From a virus (lineage: Duplodnaviria; Caudoviricetes), in the IMG/VR virus record IMGVR_UViG_2654587921_000002, positions 1 to 64,000 of that record: a stretch of DNA of 64,000 bases. One strand, 5' to 3'. How positions within the stretch are numbered: position 1 is the stretch's first letter; every line of letters starts with the position of its first letter. A program made the translations under genes and the position numbers. The notes under the pieces are model-generated. The model had not been told where the DNA came from. It did no database searches and saw only the letters and a list, made by a program, of their open reading frames with translations. Shown one piece after another: positions 7,613 to 17,857 of the stretch.

Positions 7613-10530
7613 GCCAGCAGTGGCAAGCGGATTTCGATTACCATAGCATTTTTTCTATCAGGGTTGCGTTTGCTTTTATAGTCAACTTTTTTACCCTTTG
7701 AGTTGATATGCGGTATTAGCCATTGTCGGGCTAGAAAATCCGCCTTGACTCTGATAGCATTAAACCCGCCATCTTTCATTGCCCTTGTAAAAGTACCTGA
7801 GTTGATAAAGACCGTGTTGCCGTCCTCAATCCAGCCGTATTCGTATCGCGCATCACAATCAAAGCGTCGGGTATTTTCTTGCATCCATGAATGGAAGTGC
7901 ATAATGGCACGGGTTGCCTCATCTGCTTCCGACTTGGTTTCTAACTGTTTAGCAATGGTTTCAAGCATTGCCCAGCAATCATTTACAGCAGTGTCTTCAT
8001 CTTCCGCAAATATCCATTGCGAAACCAGTACATCTGCTGTGGCGATAAGTGCAAGTGCGCTTTGATGACTACCCATTAGGTCGGATGTTTGCTCTTGTAG
8101 CTTTTTGCAAATGGACTGAAATAGTTCGCTGAGCTCAGAGTAATCAATAAGCCGCCGGATAAACTCTGACCCTGCCGTACCATAGACACTATCTAACCTC
8201 TGGTGTAACTTCGAACCGTAACTTTCCGGAACAACACTTTGCGAGTGGAGTTCAAGCACCCTACTTTTAACACCGGTAGCGGAACTGGTATCAGACATCG
8301 GATGTTCTCCTGTGGTTATCGCTAACGTTCTCCAGTTTTGATAGTTGGCTAAGCCACCAGTTTTGTTACCGCGTGTCCGGCCCTTCCCTTCTCCGAGCAT
8401 GTAAAGAAGCGACTCAACAAAACTTTGCTTATTAGCAACTGCAACTATCTGCTTTTCATCAATAACAAGCGGTAAGTTTGATAGAAAGCCGACCTGCTGC
8501 TCGAGACCAACTCCGGTTGTATTAAAGGTCATCATTCCTTGATGTGGGTTACCCCATACAGACAATGCGGCCTTAGCTACTGCAGATTTTCCTGCGCGGC
8601 TATCCCCCCAGATGTGGAGTGCAAAGTTACGTTGCTTTAAAGGCTGCATCATAGGTGCTGCAAACCCAGCGGATAAGACGAACCTGCTTAATGGGTTACC
8701 TCGCATAGGGTTCACCAAGTCTATCCATTCCTCCAAAGTACCAGATGGCTTAAAAGCATCAGCCAGTTTAGCATTTCCGCCCTCGGCATCAAGGATAATA
8801 TTGCTAAGAGAAGGTACAAACTCTCTGTCATTAATCCAACCTAGTCGATTAATAGTGGAAATTACCGGGATATCATTGGCAGCCTCAACATCCGCTAAGT
8901 ACTTAACCAATAATCTTGCTGTTTCACTTGTAACAGGAAGTCCAAAGTTCGCCAAGTCCACTATTTTGGTCTTAGAGCATATAGTACTCCGCTCTGTCCG
9001 TATTGTCCGCCAGCGATTGTCCCTTTTAAAAAACAGTTCCACTTTCTCTGTATTTTCATCTACATTCTTTAGGCGTCTGGCAATCGTTATTGGGGTTGGT
9101 GAAACTGTTATCTTTCCTTCTTTAGTCCAAGCTTGGATGCCCTTCGTGGTAACCACCCAATTTTCCGGAACAGTAAACTCATAAGGTAACCCTTCAAATA
9201 TATTAGTTGCCGATTGCTGCTTATCCCATTTCCTAACAGCTTCGTCAACTGCGCTCTCAAGGTGCTTTATGTTTAACTTCTTTCCGGCAAGTTCCCTAAA
9301 TTCAACAATTGCCTTACCATATTCCGCTTTATCACGGTTTTTCAGTACTCCCAGTGCTGAAACATACTCCTGGTTAAATGCAGCAGTGGGCTGTGATGCT
9401 ACTCCTTGCCACAACTTTCTTAATACCAGCTTCGCTTTAAACACGGCTGAAGTTGCCATTGCTATAGGTGATTTAACACCACATCCACCCGATGGACAAT
9501 TATGAAAACCTACTTTATCTTGTATGTACTCGCAGGTGTGCGGCCCACCATCCTGCAAGCAATGTCTAATTTTTTCATCAGTTTCTTCAACAGAATATCC
9601 TGTGTAAGACCGACTAAACTGATGAATTACTTCGTTTCCCTTTTCCAATCGGCATAAGTTGCTCACCATAGCAAACCAATCGTTTTCGTGAAGGTTAACT
9701 GCATTGTCACGACAATGTTGAATGAATGCACAGTTTTCCACGAGTACTCGCACGCTATCATCAGGATTAAGACCCCTATCTATTTGCGGTTGTATAGGTT
9801 CCGCTATTGGTAAAAACTCTTCAACTTTTTCGATAGTATACCGCCGTTCAGGGTGAGCTTCTAATATCTCAACTTTTATTGGCTGCTCTGGATATTTATA
9901 ATTGAGAGTTCCAGGAACACGCAATATTCGGGCAAGGTCTGACGTGTTATCTAGCTTCCAGCCATTTTCTTTACCTTTATCTTTCAACAAGCCTTGAAAC
10001 CTGCTCATGAGTTGTTTTGCTCTTAAGTTTTCAGCTTCATCTAAATCCCAGGGAGTATTCAGCAGCCAGTAAGCATGTAAGCCATGTCCCGAATTTATAA
10101 TTACTGAGGGTAATAGCGGAAAGCTATTCACAAAATCTACTGCTTCCTCAATACCTTGTGGCAAATTAGTCTCTTTATGAGCATCCGCTTTAACGTCAAT
10201 GTCAGCCCAAAGACAGGTAATACAGCGAACATCTTCAACTTTGCCCCGCCCGCTATCCAGCTTTTTCCTGCGTAATCCAAGACCGAAATAAACATCTTTT
10301 TTTTGTGACGACAGTTGTTTAGCCATATCAATGGCACTCGTAAGCTGTGTAGTTTTAAACCATTTTGTTTGAAAATACTGCTCACATTTTTGTTTATATG
10401 CAATGGTCATCCAACCGTCTTGACATTCCCCAAAAAGAAAGTGAAACCAATTGGAAATATCGGTACCCTTTGTTGTATTAACTGATTCTGCAATAACCGG
10501 TAAAGCCACAGGATTTGTATCTGTAATCAT
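7609..10530 (-). CDS. Primase-helicase: AEP/RepB-like primase + primase C-terminal domain + DUF927/Cch-like helicase
   Basis: WADIDVK, SGHGLHAYW, DLARILRVPGTLNYK (AEP); HIWGDSRAGKS Walker A; LPLVIDEKQ Walker B; GEGKGRTRGNK. RBS AAGGAG before ATG 10530. Confidence 0.85.
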   Translation of the reverse strand: MITDTNPVALPVIAESVNTTKGTDISNWFHFLFGECQDGWMTIAYKQKCEQYFQTKWFKTTQLTSAIDMAKQLSSQKKDVYFGLGLRRKKLDSGRGKVEDVRCITCLWADIDVKADAHKETNLPQGIEEAVDFVNSFPLLPSVIINSGHGLHAYWLLNTPWDLDEAENLRAKQLMSRFQGLLKDKGKENGWKLDNTSDLARILRVPGTLNYKYPEQPIKVEILEAHPERRYTIEKVEEFLPIAEPIQPQIDRGLNPDDSVRVLVENCAFIQHCRDNAVNLHENDWFAMVSNLCRLEKGNEVIHQFSRSYTGYSVEETDEKIRHCLQDGGPHTCEYIQDKVGFHNCPSGGCGVKSPIAMATSAVFKAKLVLRKLWQGVASQPTAAFNQEYVSALGVLKNRDKAEYGKAIVEFRELAGKKLNIKHLESAVDEAVRKWDKQQSATNIFEGLPYEFTVPENWVVTTKGIQAWTKEGKITVSPTPITIARRLKNVDENTEKVELFFKRDNRWRTIRTERSTICSKTKIVDLANFGLPVTSETARLLVKYLADVEAANDIPVISTINRLGWINDREFVPSLSNIILDAEGGNAKLADAFKPSGTLEEWIDLVNPMRGNPLSRFVLSAGFAAPMMQPLKQRNFALHIWGDSRAGKSAVAKAALSVWGNPHQGMMTFNTTGVGLEQQVGFLSNLPLVIDEKQIVAVANKQSFVESLLYMLGEGKGRTRGNKTGGLANYQNWRTLAITTGEHPMSDTSSATGVKSRVLELHSQSVVPESYGSKLHQRLDSVYGTAGSEFIRRLIDYSELSELFQSICKKLQEQTSDLMGSHQSALALIATADVLVSQWIFAEDEDTAVNDCWAMLETIAKQLETKSEADEATRAIMHFHSWMQENTRRFDCDARYEYGWIEDGNTVFINSGTFTRAMKDGGFNAIRVKADFLARQWLIPHINSKGKKVDYKSKRNPDRKNAMVIEIRLPLLA

Positions 10531-10971
10531 AATGAAAACCACTCCTTGAATGTAATTGAATTTTGTTTTGCATCTGCATTTTTCATGAATTCCAATAATA
10601 TCCTTCACTTTTCGTTGTCATCAATGTATACCTTTGTATTCTATGGATAATGAGCAATGCTCAAATATCAAAATTGCCGCAATTAATTTACTGCTTTTGC
10701 TCCTTTTTCTGTATTTCTCATTTGTATTTGTGTTCCTATATATTATTATACCTGCCCATACATTTTTCGAAGGGTTCTTATATAATTTATTATACCTAAA
10801 TAAAATTTAACCAAAATTTGTAATAGAGAGCATTTTGGCTTTAAAAATTTCTAAATTCTTACCTATTATTAATTATACCTAGACAGTCTGATACTGAACA
10901 AAGAGCGTAAAAAAAAGGCTCTAAGGCCAAACTTCAAACTATATCAAAACCTTTCTGGCTGCCGCTTTTAG

Positions 10972-11571
10972 CTATATTATCTGTTGCTCTTTAAAGCTAA
11001 TGTACTTTGAACTCCTTCCGATAATTACATGGTCCAAAACTTGTATTCCCAATAATTTTCCTGCCTCTACAAGCTTCCTGGTTAGTTCAATATCTTCCGG
11101 ACTGGGCGTTGGGTCACCTGATGGGTGATTATGAACGAAAATTGCACTGGCACTGGCACGTTTTATGAGCAGCTTGAATACCTCACGGCAATGAACCAGG
11201 CTTGCATCCAGTGTGCCTTGCGATACCGTTTCCTGAAAGAGAACATGATGCTTGGTCGATAGACCCACAACACGGAAGTGTTCTGTCTGGAGGTACTCCA
11301 TATCTGAACGTACCAGATTACAAACATCTTGAGGGCTACGAATAATAACTCTTTTATCCGCCACAGGTGCATTGACTTTCTTTACAAATTCCAAAATAGC
11401 AGTAAGCTGCCGGGCTTTCACCGCGCCAATGCCTCTAATTAATTTAAGTTCATCCTCACTGGCATTCATTAAATCTTGTACTGTAGGAAAAGAATTCACT
11501 AATTCAGTTACCATATATCCATTAGGCTCTTCACGCAAGCAACCTGCCAGCAAATGTCTCATTGTATTCAT
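10972..11571 (-). CDS. radC: RadC/JAB-domain protein
   Basis: HhH (IRGIGAVKA) plus EHF..HCREVFK..VHNHPSGDPTPSPEDIELT JAB motif. Confidence 0.92.
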   Translation of the reverse strand: MNTMRHLLAGCLREEPNGYMVTELVNSFPTVQDLMNASEDELKLIRGIGAVKARQLTAILEFVKKVNAPVADKRVIIRSPQDVCNLVRSDMEYLQTEHFRVVGLSTKHHVLFQETVSQGTLDASLVHCREVFKLLIKRASASAIFVHNHPSGDPTPSPEDIELTRKLVEAGKLLGIQVLDHVIIGRSSKYISFKEQQII

Positions 11572-11679
11572 TATGCATTCCTCCACAAATAAAATAACCA
11601 GCCCTTGCACGGTTGTTATAGCACCCGTAACAAGAGCTGGATTTTTGCAAAATCACTAACCCCAACACGCTCATCAGCC

Positions 11680-11910
11680 TTACAAATCATCCACCTTAAA
11701 ACAGGGCTCTCCACCTGCCCTACAACCAAACAGCCATTTCGCCAATACCACCCCGTCAGATAACCCAACCAGATAAGCGGCTTCCTGTTCAGCACATGTC
11801 TCTTCCTCTTTGCTGTGCACATTGCCCATCAAATTAGGTTTTATCTCACTCATCCCGGCTACAACCCTGCGGCCAATAAAGTCCAGCAAATCTTTTTTAA
11901 AGCTGCTCAT
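11680..11910 (-). CDS. Hypothetical protein
   Basis: Start overlaps the upstream stop (translational coupling). Confidence 0.5.
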   Translation of the reverse strand: MSSFKKDLLDFIGRRVVAGMSEIKPNLMGNVHSKEEETCAEQEAAYLVGLSDGVVLAKWLFGCRAGGEPCFKVDDL

Positions 11911-12899
11911 GCCGCACCCTCTACACTGACCCGCTCAAGCATAATACGGACTTGTTTACGAAGTACCTCAATGGTAGAACGGACCTCTCCAAGATTTGCT
12001 TCCAGTAAGCTTTCATATTCACCAACCTGCTGTTTTAACCCTTGAAGCTGCTGAATAGCGTTGCTGGCAGCAGACTTTGATACTACCTTCTGGTCGCGCA
12101 GCGTTGCCGCAAATTCTGCCGCAAGAGAAGCCAAAGTTTTCTTAACGCCCAGCACTTCCGCGTTACCACCAAGCATATTGCCAATTTGCGATACCTGGGA
12201 CAGCACATGTCCACGCAGCTTTTCTTCCAGCATCTGTTTCTGCTCAATAGCGTTGATAACAGGCAAACAGTGCATTTCCGCATTATTCCCCGGCAGCAGT
12301 TTCACCAGAGAATTCATGGCCTTAACCGTGCCGGCATGAACAGCAGGCGTGAAATAAACGGCCCCCGCAGGTCGAACTCCAATAGCCTGACATTCTCCCA
12401 AAACAGTTTTTATCATCTTGCGCAAATGGTCGCCCACAAAATAGTCACGGTACTTATTGTACTGCATTTCCGCTTTGCGCAGAGCCGGCATGGCTTCGTC
12501 CGACAGAGCGGTGGTCTTAATACTGCCCCACTGCCTTTCAAACTCAATTTCACCAATTTGCTCATAGTTAAGCCGGACATTCTTTTTATCCCTGACCTCT
12601 TTAATCATATGGCGTACCACTCGTTCTTCTGAAGATAGGACTTCCCGAACCATCAGAACTTCCGTGATTTCCTCGCCAGCCCTTAATACGCCGCCTACTT
12701 CTGAGGTGGCTCGGCGAAAGGCATCGGACGGGCGTATCGGCGCGGGTACATACTTTTCCGGCAAGCCGACATTAGCTGCCAAATTTACCAAATCGTCGCG
12801 AAGTATTTCCATATCGCTGACACTGAACCACACAAGGTTTCCCAGGATAGTATCTGCCTCGCCGCCTCTGACAGCATATAAGTTATTCATATTGTTCAT
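11907..12899 (-). CDS. Hypothetical protein (DUF6744-like)
   Basis: LGNLVWFSVSD..P.PIRPSDAFRRAT..RPAGAVYFTP; coiled-coil C-terminus; coupled to the vWA gene. Confidence 0.55.
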   Translation of the reverse strand: MNNMNNLYAVRGGEADTILGNLVWFSVSDMEILRDDLVNLAANVGLPEKYVPAPIRPSDAFRRATSEVGGVLRAGEEITEVLMVREVLSSEERVVRHMIKEVRDKKNVRLNYEQIGEIEFERQWGSIKTTALSDEAMPALRKAEMQYNKYRDYFVGDHLRKMIKTVLGECQAIGVRPAGAVYFTPAVHAGTVKAMNSLVKLLPGNNAEMHCLPVINAIEQKQMLEEKLRGHVLSQVSQIGNMLGGNAEVLGVKKTLASLAAEFAATLRDQKVVSKSAASNAIQQLQGLKQQVGEYESLLEANLGEVRSTIEVLRKQVRIMLERVSVEGAA

Positions 12900-12913
12900 A
12901 TTCCATCGCTCCC

Positions 12914-14350
12914 CTATATTTTTTGAAATAATTCTTTAACAATGCTTTCATCTAGCAAATCCGCTATATGCCACACAGCATCTGACCAGAGCTTAAGCTC
13001 ACAAGCACTGCTGCCAATCAAAAGGCTATATATCCGGAATTGCTTTTCGGCCTTAAGTTTATGCAGCTCTTGCAAAAACACATCGCTTAGCCGGCACTCC
13101 CCATCGGTAATCAATACAACGTCAGCCTTGGCAAAGCCGCCTGTTTGCAATTGCTGCATTGCCCAGCGCAATGGCTGTTCATAGTCCGTACCGCCTCCCA
13201 GAAACTCTGTCGCCAGCTTTAGCAGCTTATCCGGCGGGCGTTTACCTGCCGGGAATATATCTGTAATGAGCTCACGGTGCTTACTGGCAAACAAAGCGTA
13301 CCCGAATGCCCGGCGTTCCCTTTCTGCAATTTCGGCTAAGCCAACCGCTACCGCCTTTGACCAGACCTCTCTTTCCCCCCGCATAGACCCCGAGGTATCC
13401 ACAAGTGCCAGAACCGGCCCCTGCCCCCGATAGTCTGTCTGCCGCAAGTCATATTGCATCAGCTGTCTTTCTGTCATTTTTCTATAGAAATCCAGCTTTA
13501 GAGAAGGCTTTCGCAATGATAACAGTTCCTGGTGCAACATATGGTTGATGTCGCTACCCTGGGTAATACTATGCAGTTCAAGCCGCTGCTCCAACTTTAC
13601 CTTGCGGGAGGCGGCTGCGATATTGCGCATCCGTCCTACCAGCTTGGTCATATCCCGGAATTTTTGCTGTCCGCGCAAGATTGTTATGAGGTTTGCCTTT
13701 TTATCATAAGGCAAACGGTTAAATTCGCCTTGCTGCAGCCCCCATGCCATGATAACGCTTTCGGTTGCTTCTAGTTCCAAAGTTGCTGCACTAATCGCAC
13801 TATCTCCGGCTTTCCGCACTACCGACTGGTTACTGGCAAGAACTGCTTTTACGTCATCCATAGCCGCCTTAACCGCGGCCAGCGCCCGCTGAGCTTCCTC
13901 TGTGTGATTATCCAATAGCTCAGCTTCCCTCTTTCGCTCTACTGCATAGTTAACTTTTTGAACCGCCTGCCGCAGCTGGACATCCTCCTGAAGCTGATTC
14001 ACAAGGGCTTCCAGCAGGGCTTTACTGCCCAGGCCAGCCCCAAACTCATCACACTGCGTATATTGCCGTAATTCTTGATAAGCAGGCGATTCCAGCATTT
14101 TAGCCATTTGCGCCTGATTGAACAGGTATTCCGGCATTACCTCCCTCACCGGGATTAATTCCGGCATGGTCTTATACAGAGAAAAGAATATATCGGCAGA
14201 CAGCTCCCCCACTGTCGCCAGCAGGATTCCCCCATTAGTTACCATCGCCTGCAACTCCTTTGACTGGACAAATACATTATCATAGGCGGCACGGTCGAAT
14301 ACATCGTGCCGGACGGTATGGCGAGACAGCTTTTTATTAGTTTGCTTCAT
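12914..14350 (-). CDS. von Willebrand factor A domain protein (ViaA-like)
   Basis: MIDAS motif LVDTSGSM, GGTDY, VLITDGE. Confidence 0.88.
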   Translation of the reverse strand: MKQTNKKLSRHTVRHDVFDRAAYDNVFVQSKELQAMVTNGGILLATVGELSADIFFSLYKTMPELIPVREVMPEYLFNQAQMAKMLESPAYQELRQYTQCDEFGAGLGSKALLEALVNQLQEDVQLRQAVQKVNYAVERKREAELLDNHTEEAQRALAAVKAAMDDVKAVLASNQSVVRKAGDSAISAATLELEATESVIMAWGLQQGEFNRLPYDKKANLITILRGQQKFRDMTKLVGRMRNIAAASRKVKLEQRLELHSITQGSDINHMLHQELLSLRKPSLKLDFYRKMTERQLMQYDLRQTDYRGQGPVLALVDTSGSMRGEREVWSKAVAVGLAEIAERERRAFGYALFASKHRELITDIFPAGKRPPDKLLKLATEFLGGGTDYEQPLRWAMQQLQTGGFAKADVVLITDGECRLSDVFLQELHKLKAEKQFRIYSLLIGSSACELKLWSDAVWHIADLLDESIVKELFQKI

Positions 14351-14362
14351 TGTAAACTCCCC

Positions 14363-15496
14363 TTATAGCCCCAACAGATAGGTGTTGACTACCGCCTCAT
14401 TCATAGCTTGAATCGCTGCCAACCGCTCGGTAATGGTAACAGACGACTTACCTTCTGCTTTGGCCTGCTTAATCAGTTCTGTCAGCATTCTCTGGGCAGC
14501 CTTCAATTTATGATTGGCTTCTGTTGCCAATGCTGTACGCTCTGCCCCGTCAGGTGTAGCCGTTAGCTTGGCTTTCCATTCAAGCGCACCATCAAATATT
14601 TCGTTGGCCTTAACAACTAAGGGGTTAGCGAAGCCCAGCACCATTTTCCTAATGGCTTTTATTTGCTCCGGTTCGGTCCAAAGCATATGTGACAGGATTA
14701 CAATATCGTCATCTGCAACCTCCAGCCTCCCTTCAAGCCAGGCATGAGCCTGCAAGAATCGTAAGCAGTTCCTGAAACGGCGGTCAGAAATAATAAAGCC
14801 CTGCGCACGAAGCTCTTTCCAGAGCCGCACCAAGGCTTGAATGATGTCACCTGTTATTTTGACTTGTTCCGCTTGCTTCTGTACCGTAGTTAGTTCCTGC
14901 AAGCTTATTGTCGTCCTTGGCTTAGCACTGCTAAGCTGCAGCATACCGGCAAAATTACGCTCGTCTTTAATGTACTCAACGGTATACCGCAGGTCAAACC
15001 TATCCCAAAGAGCTGCAAGTTCTCCGTCTGTGCCGCCATCCGGCAGTTCGTTGGACAGCCCCACCAGTACTTGCAGCGGAATTTGCCGTGGAGTACTGCC
15101 ATCATCAAAATATACCCGCTCATTCATTATCGGCAATAAGGTGTTCAAAACAGCGGAATTGCACTTGAATACTTCATCAATGACAGCAATATCGGCTTCC
15201 GGTAACTTTCTGGCTGTAACCCGTTTATATTGGTCATTTTCCAAAGCCTTCAAGGATAATGGCCCAAACAGTTCCTCCGGCGTACTGACTTTGGTTAGCA
15301 GCCGACTGAAGAAGACTCCGCCGAGCTGTTGAGCCAGACATTCTGCAATGGCAGTCTTGGCACCGCCGGGTGCACCCAGGATTAATATATTCCCCCTGGC
15401 AATAGCCGCCACCAGTAGGCCGCGAATGACTTCTGCCCGCTCCAGAAAGCAGCTATTTAGCTCTTGCTCCAACGCGGCGAATGTTTTGTTTATCAT
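14363..15496 (-). CDS. MoxR-family AAA+ ATPase (RavA-like)
   Basis: GAPGGAKT Walker A, IAVIDEVFKCNSAVLNTLLPIMNER, SNELP, ALWDRF, SDRR. Confidence 0.9.
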   Translation of the reverse strand: MINKTFAALEQELNSCFLERAEVIRGLLVAAIARGNILILGAPGGAKTAIAECLAQQLGGVFFSRLLTKVSTPEELFGPLSLKALENDQYKRVTARKLPEADIAVIDEVFKCNSAVLNTLLPIMNERVYFDDGSTPRQIPLQVLVGLSNELPDGGTDGELAALWDRFDLRYTVEYIKDERNFAGMLQLSSAKPRTTISLQELTTVQKQAEQVKITGDIIQALVRLWKELRAQGFIISDRRFRNCLRFLQAHAWLEGRLEVADDDIVILSHMLWTEPEQIKAIRKMVLGFANPLVVKANEIFDGALEWKAKLTATPDGAERTALATEANHKLKAAQRMLTELIKQAKAEGKSSVTITERLAAIQAMNEAVVNTYLLGL

Positions 15497-15554
15497 ACAT
15501 ACATCCTCCAAACATTATTGAAATTATATCCCCGGCATCCCCGGTGCCAGGCAT

Positions 15555-16640
15555 TCAACAGGCTTCTTTGGCCTTAATCAGACGAAAAGTATTGGAAACC
15601 TTTTTCTTACCGAACGCAGCTAATTTAGTCTCGTCTACGCCCATTTTCTTAAGGTTCGCTGCCGTCAGCGTCAAATACTGAAACACGTCCACCCCGGCGT
15701 CGTGAAGCTCAGTGCATAGTTCATACAGCTTATCGGCCTCCATATGCCAGCTTACACTGGGAACAAAGGAGAAGGCGGCATCACCGACAGGAATGTCGCC
15801 GTTTTCCTTGGCCCATACTTTTAACCTATCTTTCATATCATCCAATGCCGCTTCCAAGCGAATCACTTCTGCGGCAACACGCTCGGCATCGGCACGGTCA
15901 GTCACAGGCACCGGGTCAAAGCTTACACTTTTTATGCATAAGCCGGCATGACGGCAATACTGGCAGTGCTTGCCCGGCGCAGCAGGAAACAGGCTGTCAC
16001 TCATCCCGTCAATCCCGCCGGACATATTCCATTCGGCTACTTTATCTTCAATATCTTCCGCAAGACGGAATGCCCAAATTCGCGCTTTTTCCATTTCTTC
16101 CAGTGTATAGGTATGGGCTTGACGGCTCTGTGCGTCAGGGTAACGCAGAAATACCAGTTCCGCATGAATTTCCTGAACTCCCGTTACTTGTGATAAGTAC
16201 CAGGCGTATAAGCCCAACTGGTGATTATCCACAGGTAAATATTTTTGCCTATTCGTTTTCCAGTCGATAAGCTGAATTGTGCCGTCCGGTAATGTCTGAT
16301 ACCAGTCGATGTACCCCTGAAAGTAAAGCAACCCGGTGCTATCCAGGGGAATTACAAAGTGTTGCTCTGCCTGACCGCCAGTAACGCCCATTACCATGCT
16401 ATGCTGCGTCAAATAAGTAACCTCGTCTGCATTTACCGGGATTTGGGCTTCTTGCACGATGGCAGCATTGACCGCCGCTTGTATATCCATCCCGTTTAAA
16501 TACATTTGTATGGCCGCATGTACCGTTTTGCCTAATACTAACGTTTCTGTCGGCGATTCCGTCATTTCATATAGGTACTTATATTGGAAAGAAGCAGGAC
16601 ATTCTTCATAGCGCTTTAGACGTGAATAGCTATATATCAT
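15555..16640 (-). CDS. PD-(D/E)XK exonuclease (RecB/AddB/Cas4-like, four Cys)
   Basis: SYSRLKRYEECPASF, FQGYIDW, LIDWKT, QLGLYAW, HCQYCRHAGLC. Confidence 0.85.
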   Translation of the reverse strand: MIYSYSRLKRYEECPASFQYKYLYEMTESPTETLVLGKTVHAAIQMYLNGMDIQAAVNAAIVQEAQIPVNADEVTYLTQHSMVMGVTGGQAEQHFVIPLDSTGLLYFQGYIDWYQTLPDGTIQLIDWKTNRQKYLPVDNHQLGLYAWYLSQVTGVQEIHAELVFLRYPDAQSRQAHTYTLEEMEKARIWAFRLAEDIEDKVAEWNMSGGIDGMSDSLFPAAPGKHCQYCRHAGLCIKSVSFDPVPVTDRADAERVAAEVIRLEAALDDMKDRLKVWAKENGDIPVGDAAFSFVPSVSWHMEADKLYELCTELHDAGVDVFQYLTLTAANLKKMGVDETKLAAFGKKKVSNTFRLIKAKEAC

Positions 16641-17656
16641 GCCGCCTCGCCACCTTTTACAATGCTGTAGGCTTCGATGATATTCGTTCCGTTCTTTTGC
16701 ACAATGCTAGCCGTTATGAATGTTCCAACTGGAACCTCCAAGATGTCTGCACAGGCTGACCAAGCCAATATGTGGGTATCCTTTTGAAGCAGTACCAGCT
16801 TAACAAAGGTTTGCTTGCCTTTAATTTTGGCCTCAGCACTGACGATTTGGTATGCATTTAAAAGCTCTATAGTATTTGAAGTGAATATGTCTGGAACTTC
16901 TTCCGCTTCTGGTGGCGGTAATGGCGTTACTTCAGCTTTAGATATGCTGTTATTATCGCAGTTAAGCCATGAGAGTAGCTTATTTCCTGTAGAAATATCT
17001 GGCTTGAAATATTGACCGTCAAAAATGCCTGTACGGTCTTTAGATGGAGTGGCTATATGTTCGATGCTTAGGTCAAACACAGTAGTGAATTCATATTCAA
17101 TGCCTTCACGCTGAATAGCGGACGTCCCCAACTTCTTAATTGTAGTTTTGCCATTCTCCACAACCTGGGCGTATTCTACTTTTGACCGCAGTGTAGCGAT
17201 TATATGGCAAGAAGATTTAAGCATGGTTTCTACCAGAGCATTGTGTTTGGGCGTGTACTCGCGCCAAGCAGCCCAGCTATTACCCTTAAACTTACTGTCC
17301 GTTGCTTTCCCCTGCTGGTCAAGTATGCCGCCTTCGCCGGACCAGCAATGCGAAAGGCTGTCAACGATAATGACTTCAAAGCCCTTTTGTTCTGCCAGCT
17401 TTATGGCGGCAATGTATTTGTCCGGGTCATATGGCGGCGTTAAGGTCAATACGGAATAGTCTCCCAATTGGGCGTACAGTTCGGCAGAACCATTCTCGCT
17501 ATCAATGACCGCTATGCTGGACCAGGGAGCCATGCCGTTGGCGACCAGTAAAGCACTGTAGGTCTTTCCTGCTCCGCTCGGCCCGGTAATACCCAGACGT
17601 AATTTAGCCCGTTTACGTTCCGCAGTTTTGAATTCCACGATTATCAGTCCCTTCAC
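16637..17656 (-). CDS. AAA_24 / Sak4-like phage recombination ATPase
   Basis: GPSGAGKTYSAL, VIDSENGSAELY, IIVDSLSHCW, QREGIEYEFT; the true start may be GTG at 17638. Confidence 0.8.
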   Translation of the reverse strand: MKGLIIVEFKTAERKRAKLRLGITGPSGAGKTYSALLVANGMAPWSSIAVIDSENGSAELYAQLGDYSVLTLTPPYDPDKYIAAIKLAEQKGFEVIIVDSLSHCWSGEGGILDQQGKATDSKFKGNSWAAWREYTPKHNALVETMLKSSCHIIATLRSKVEYAQVVENGKTTIKKLGTSAIQREGIEYEFTTVFDLSIEHIATPSKDRTGIFDGQYFKPDISTGNKLLSWLNCDNNSISKAEVTPLPPPEAEEVPDIFTSNTIELLNAYQIVSAEAKIKGKQTFVKLVLLQKDTHILAWSACADILEVPVGTFITASIVQKNGTNIIEAYSIVKGGEAA

Positions 17657-17657
17657 T

Positions 17658-17723
17658 TTATTTGTTACGCTGGATAAGAAAGTCGATAAATTCGGCCAGT
17701 AGATGTAGTAAAGCTTTTCTCAT
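17658..17723 (-). CDS. 21-aa small peptide MRKALLHLLAEFIDFLIQRNK (not in ORF track)
   Basis: Strong RBS AAAAGGAGG before ATG 17723; the stop abuts the next gene. Confidence 0.5.
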   Translation of the reverse strand: MRKALLHLLAEFIDFLIQRNK

Positions 17724-17755
17724 AGGCAACGCCTCCTTTTCAATAGTTGCAGAAA

Positions 17756-17790
17756 ATGAAAAAGACCCAGCTATTTCCAGCTAGGTCCTA
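17756..17790 (-). terminator. Intrinsic terminator-like hairpin upstream of the recombination operon
   Basis: GGACCTAGCTGGAAATAGCTGGGTC followed by a T-run on the minus strand. Confidence 0.55.
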
Positions 17791-17857
17791 GTTGATTACA
17801 TATTACTTATACCAAAATATGCAGTTTCGTTGTTGCTATTCAAAAGGTGTTTTTTTA

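Noticed and set aside
15555-16640. Cas4 indicating a CRISPR system
   Set aside because: Context is a Sak4-like recombination operon with no cas1/cas2 or array; better called a phage-type exonuclease.
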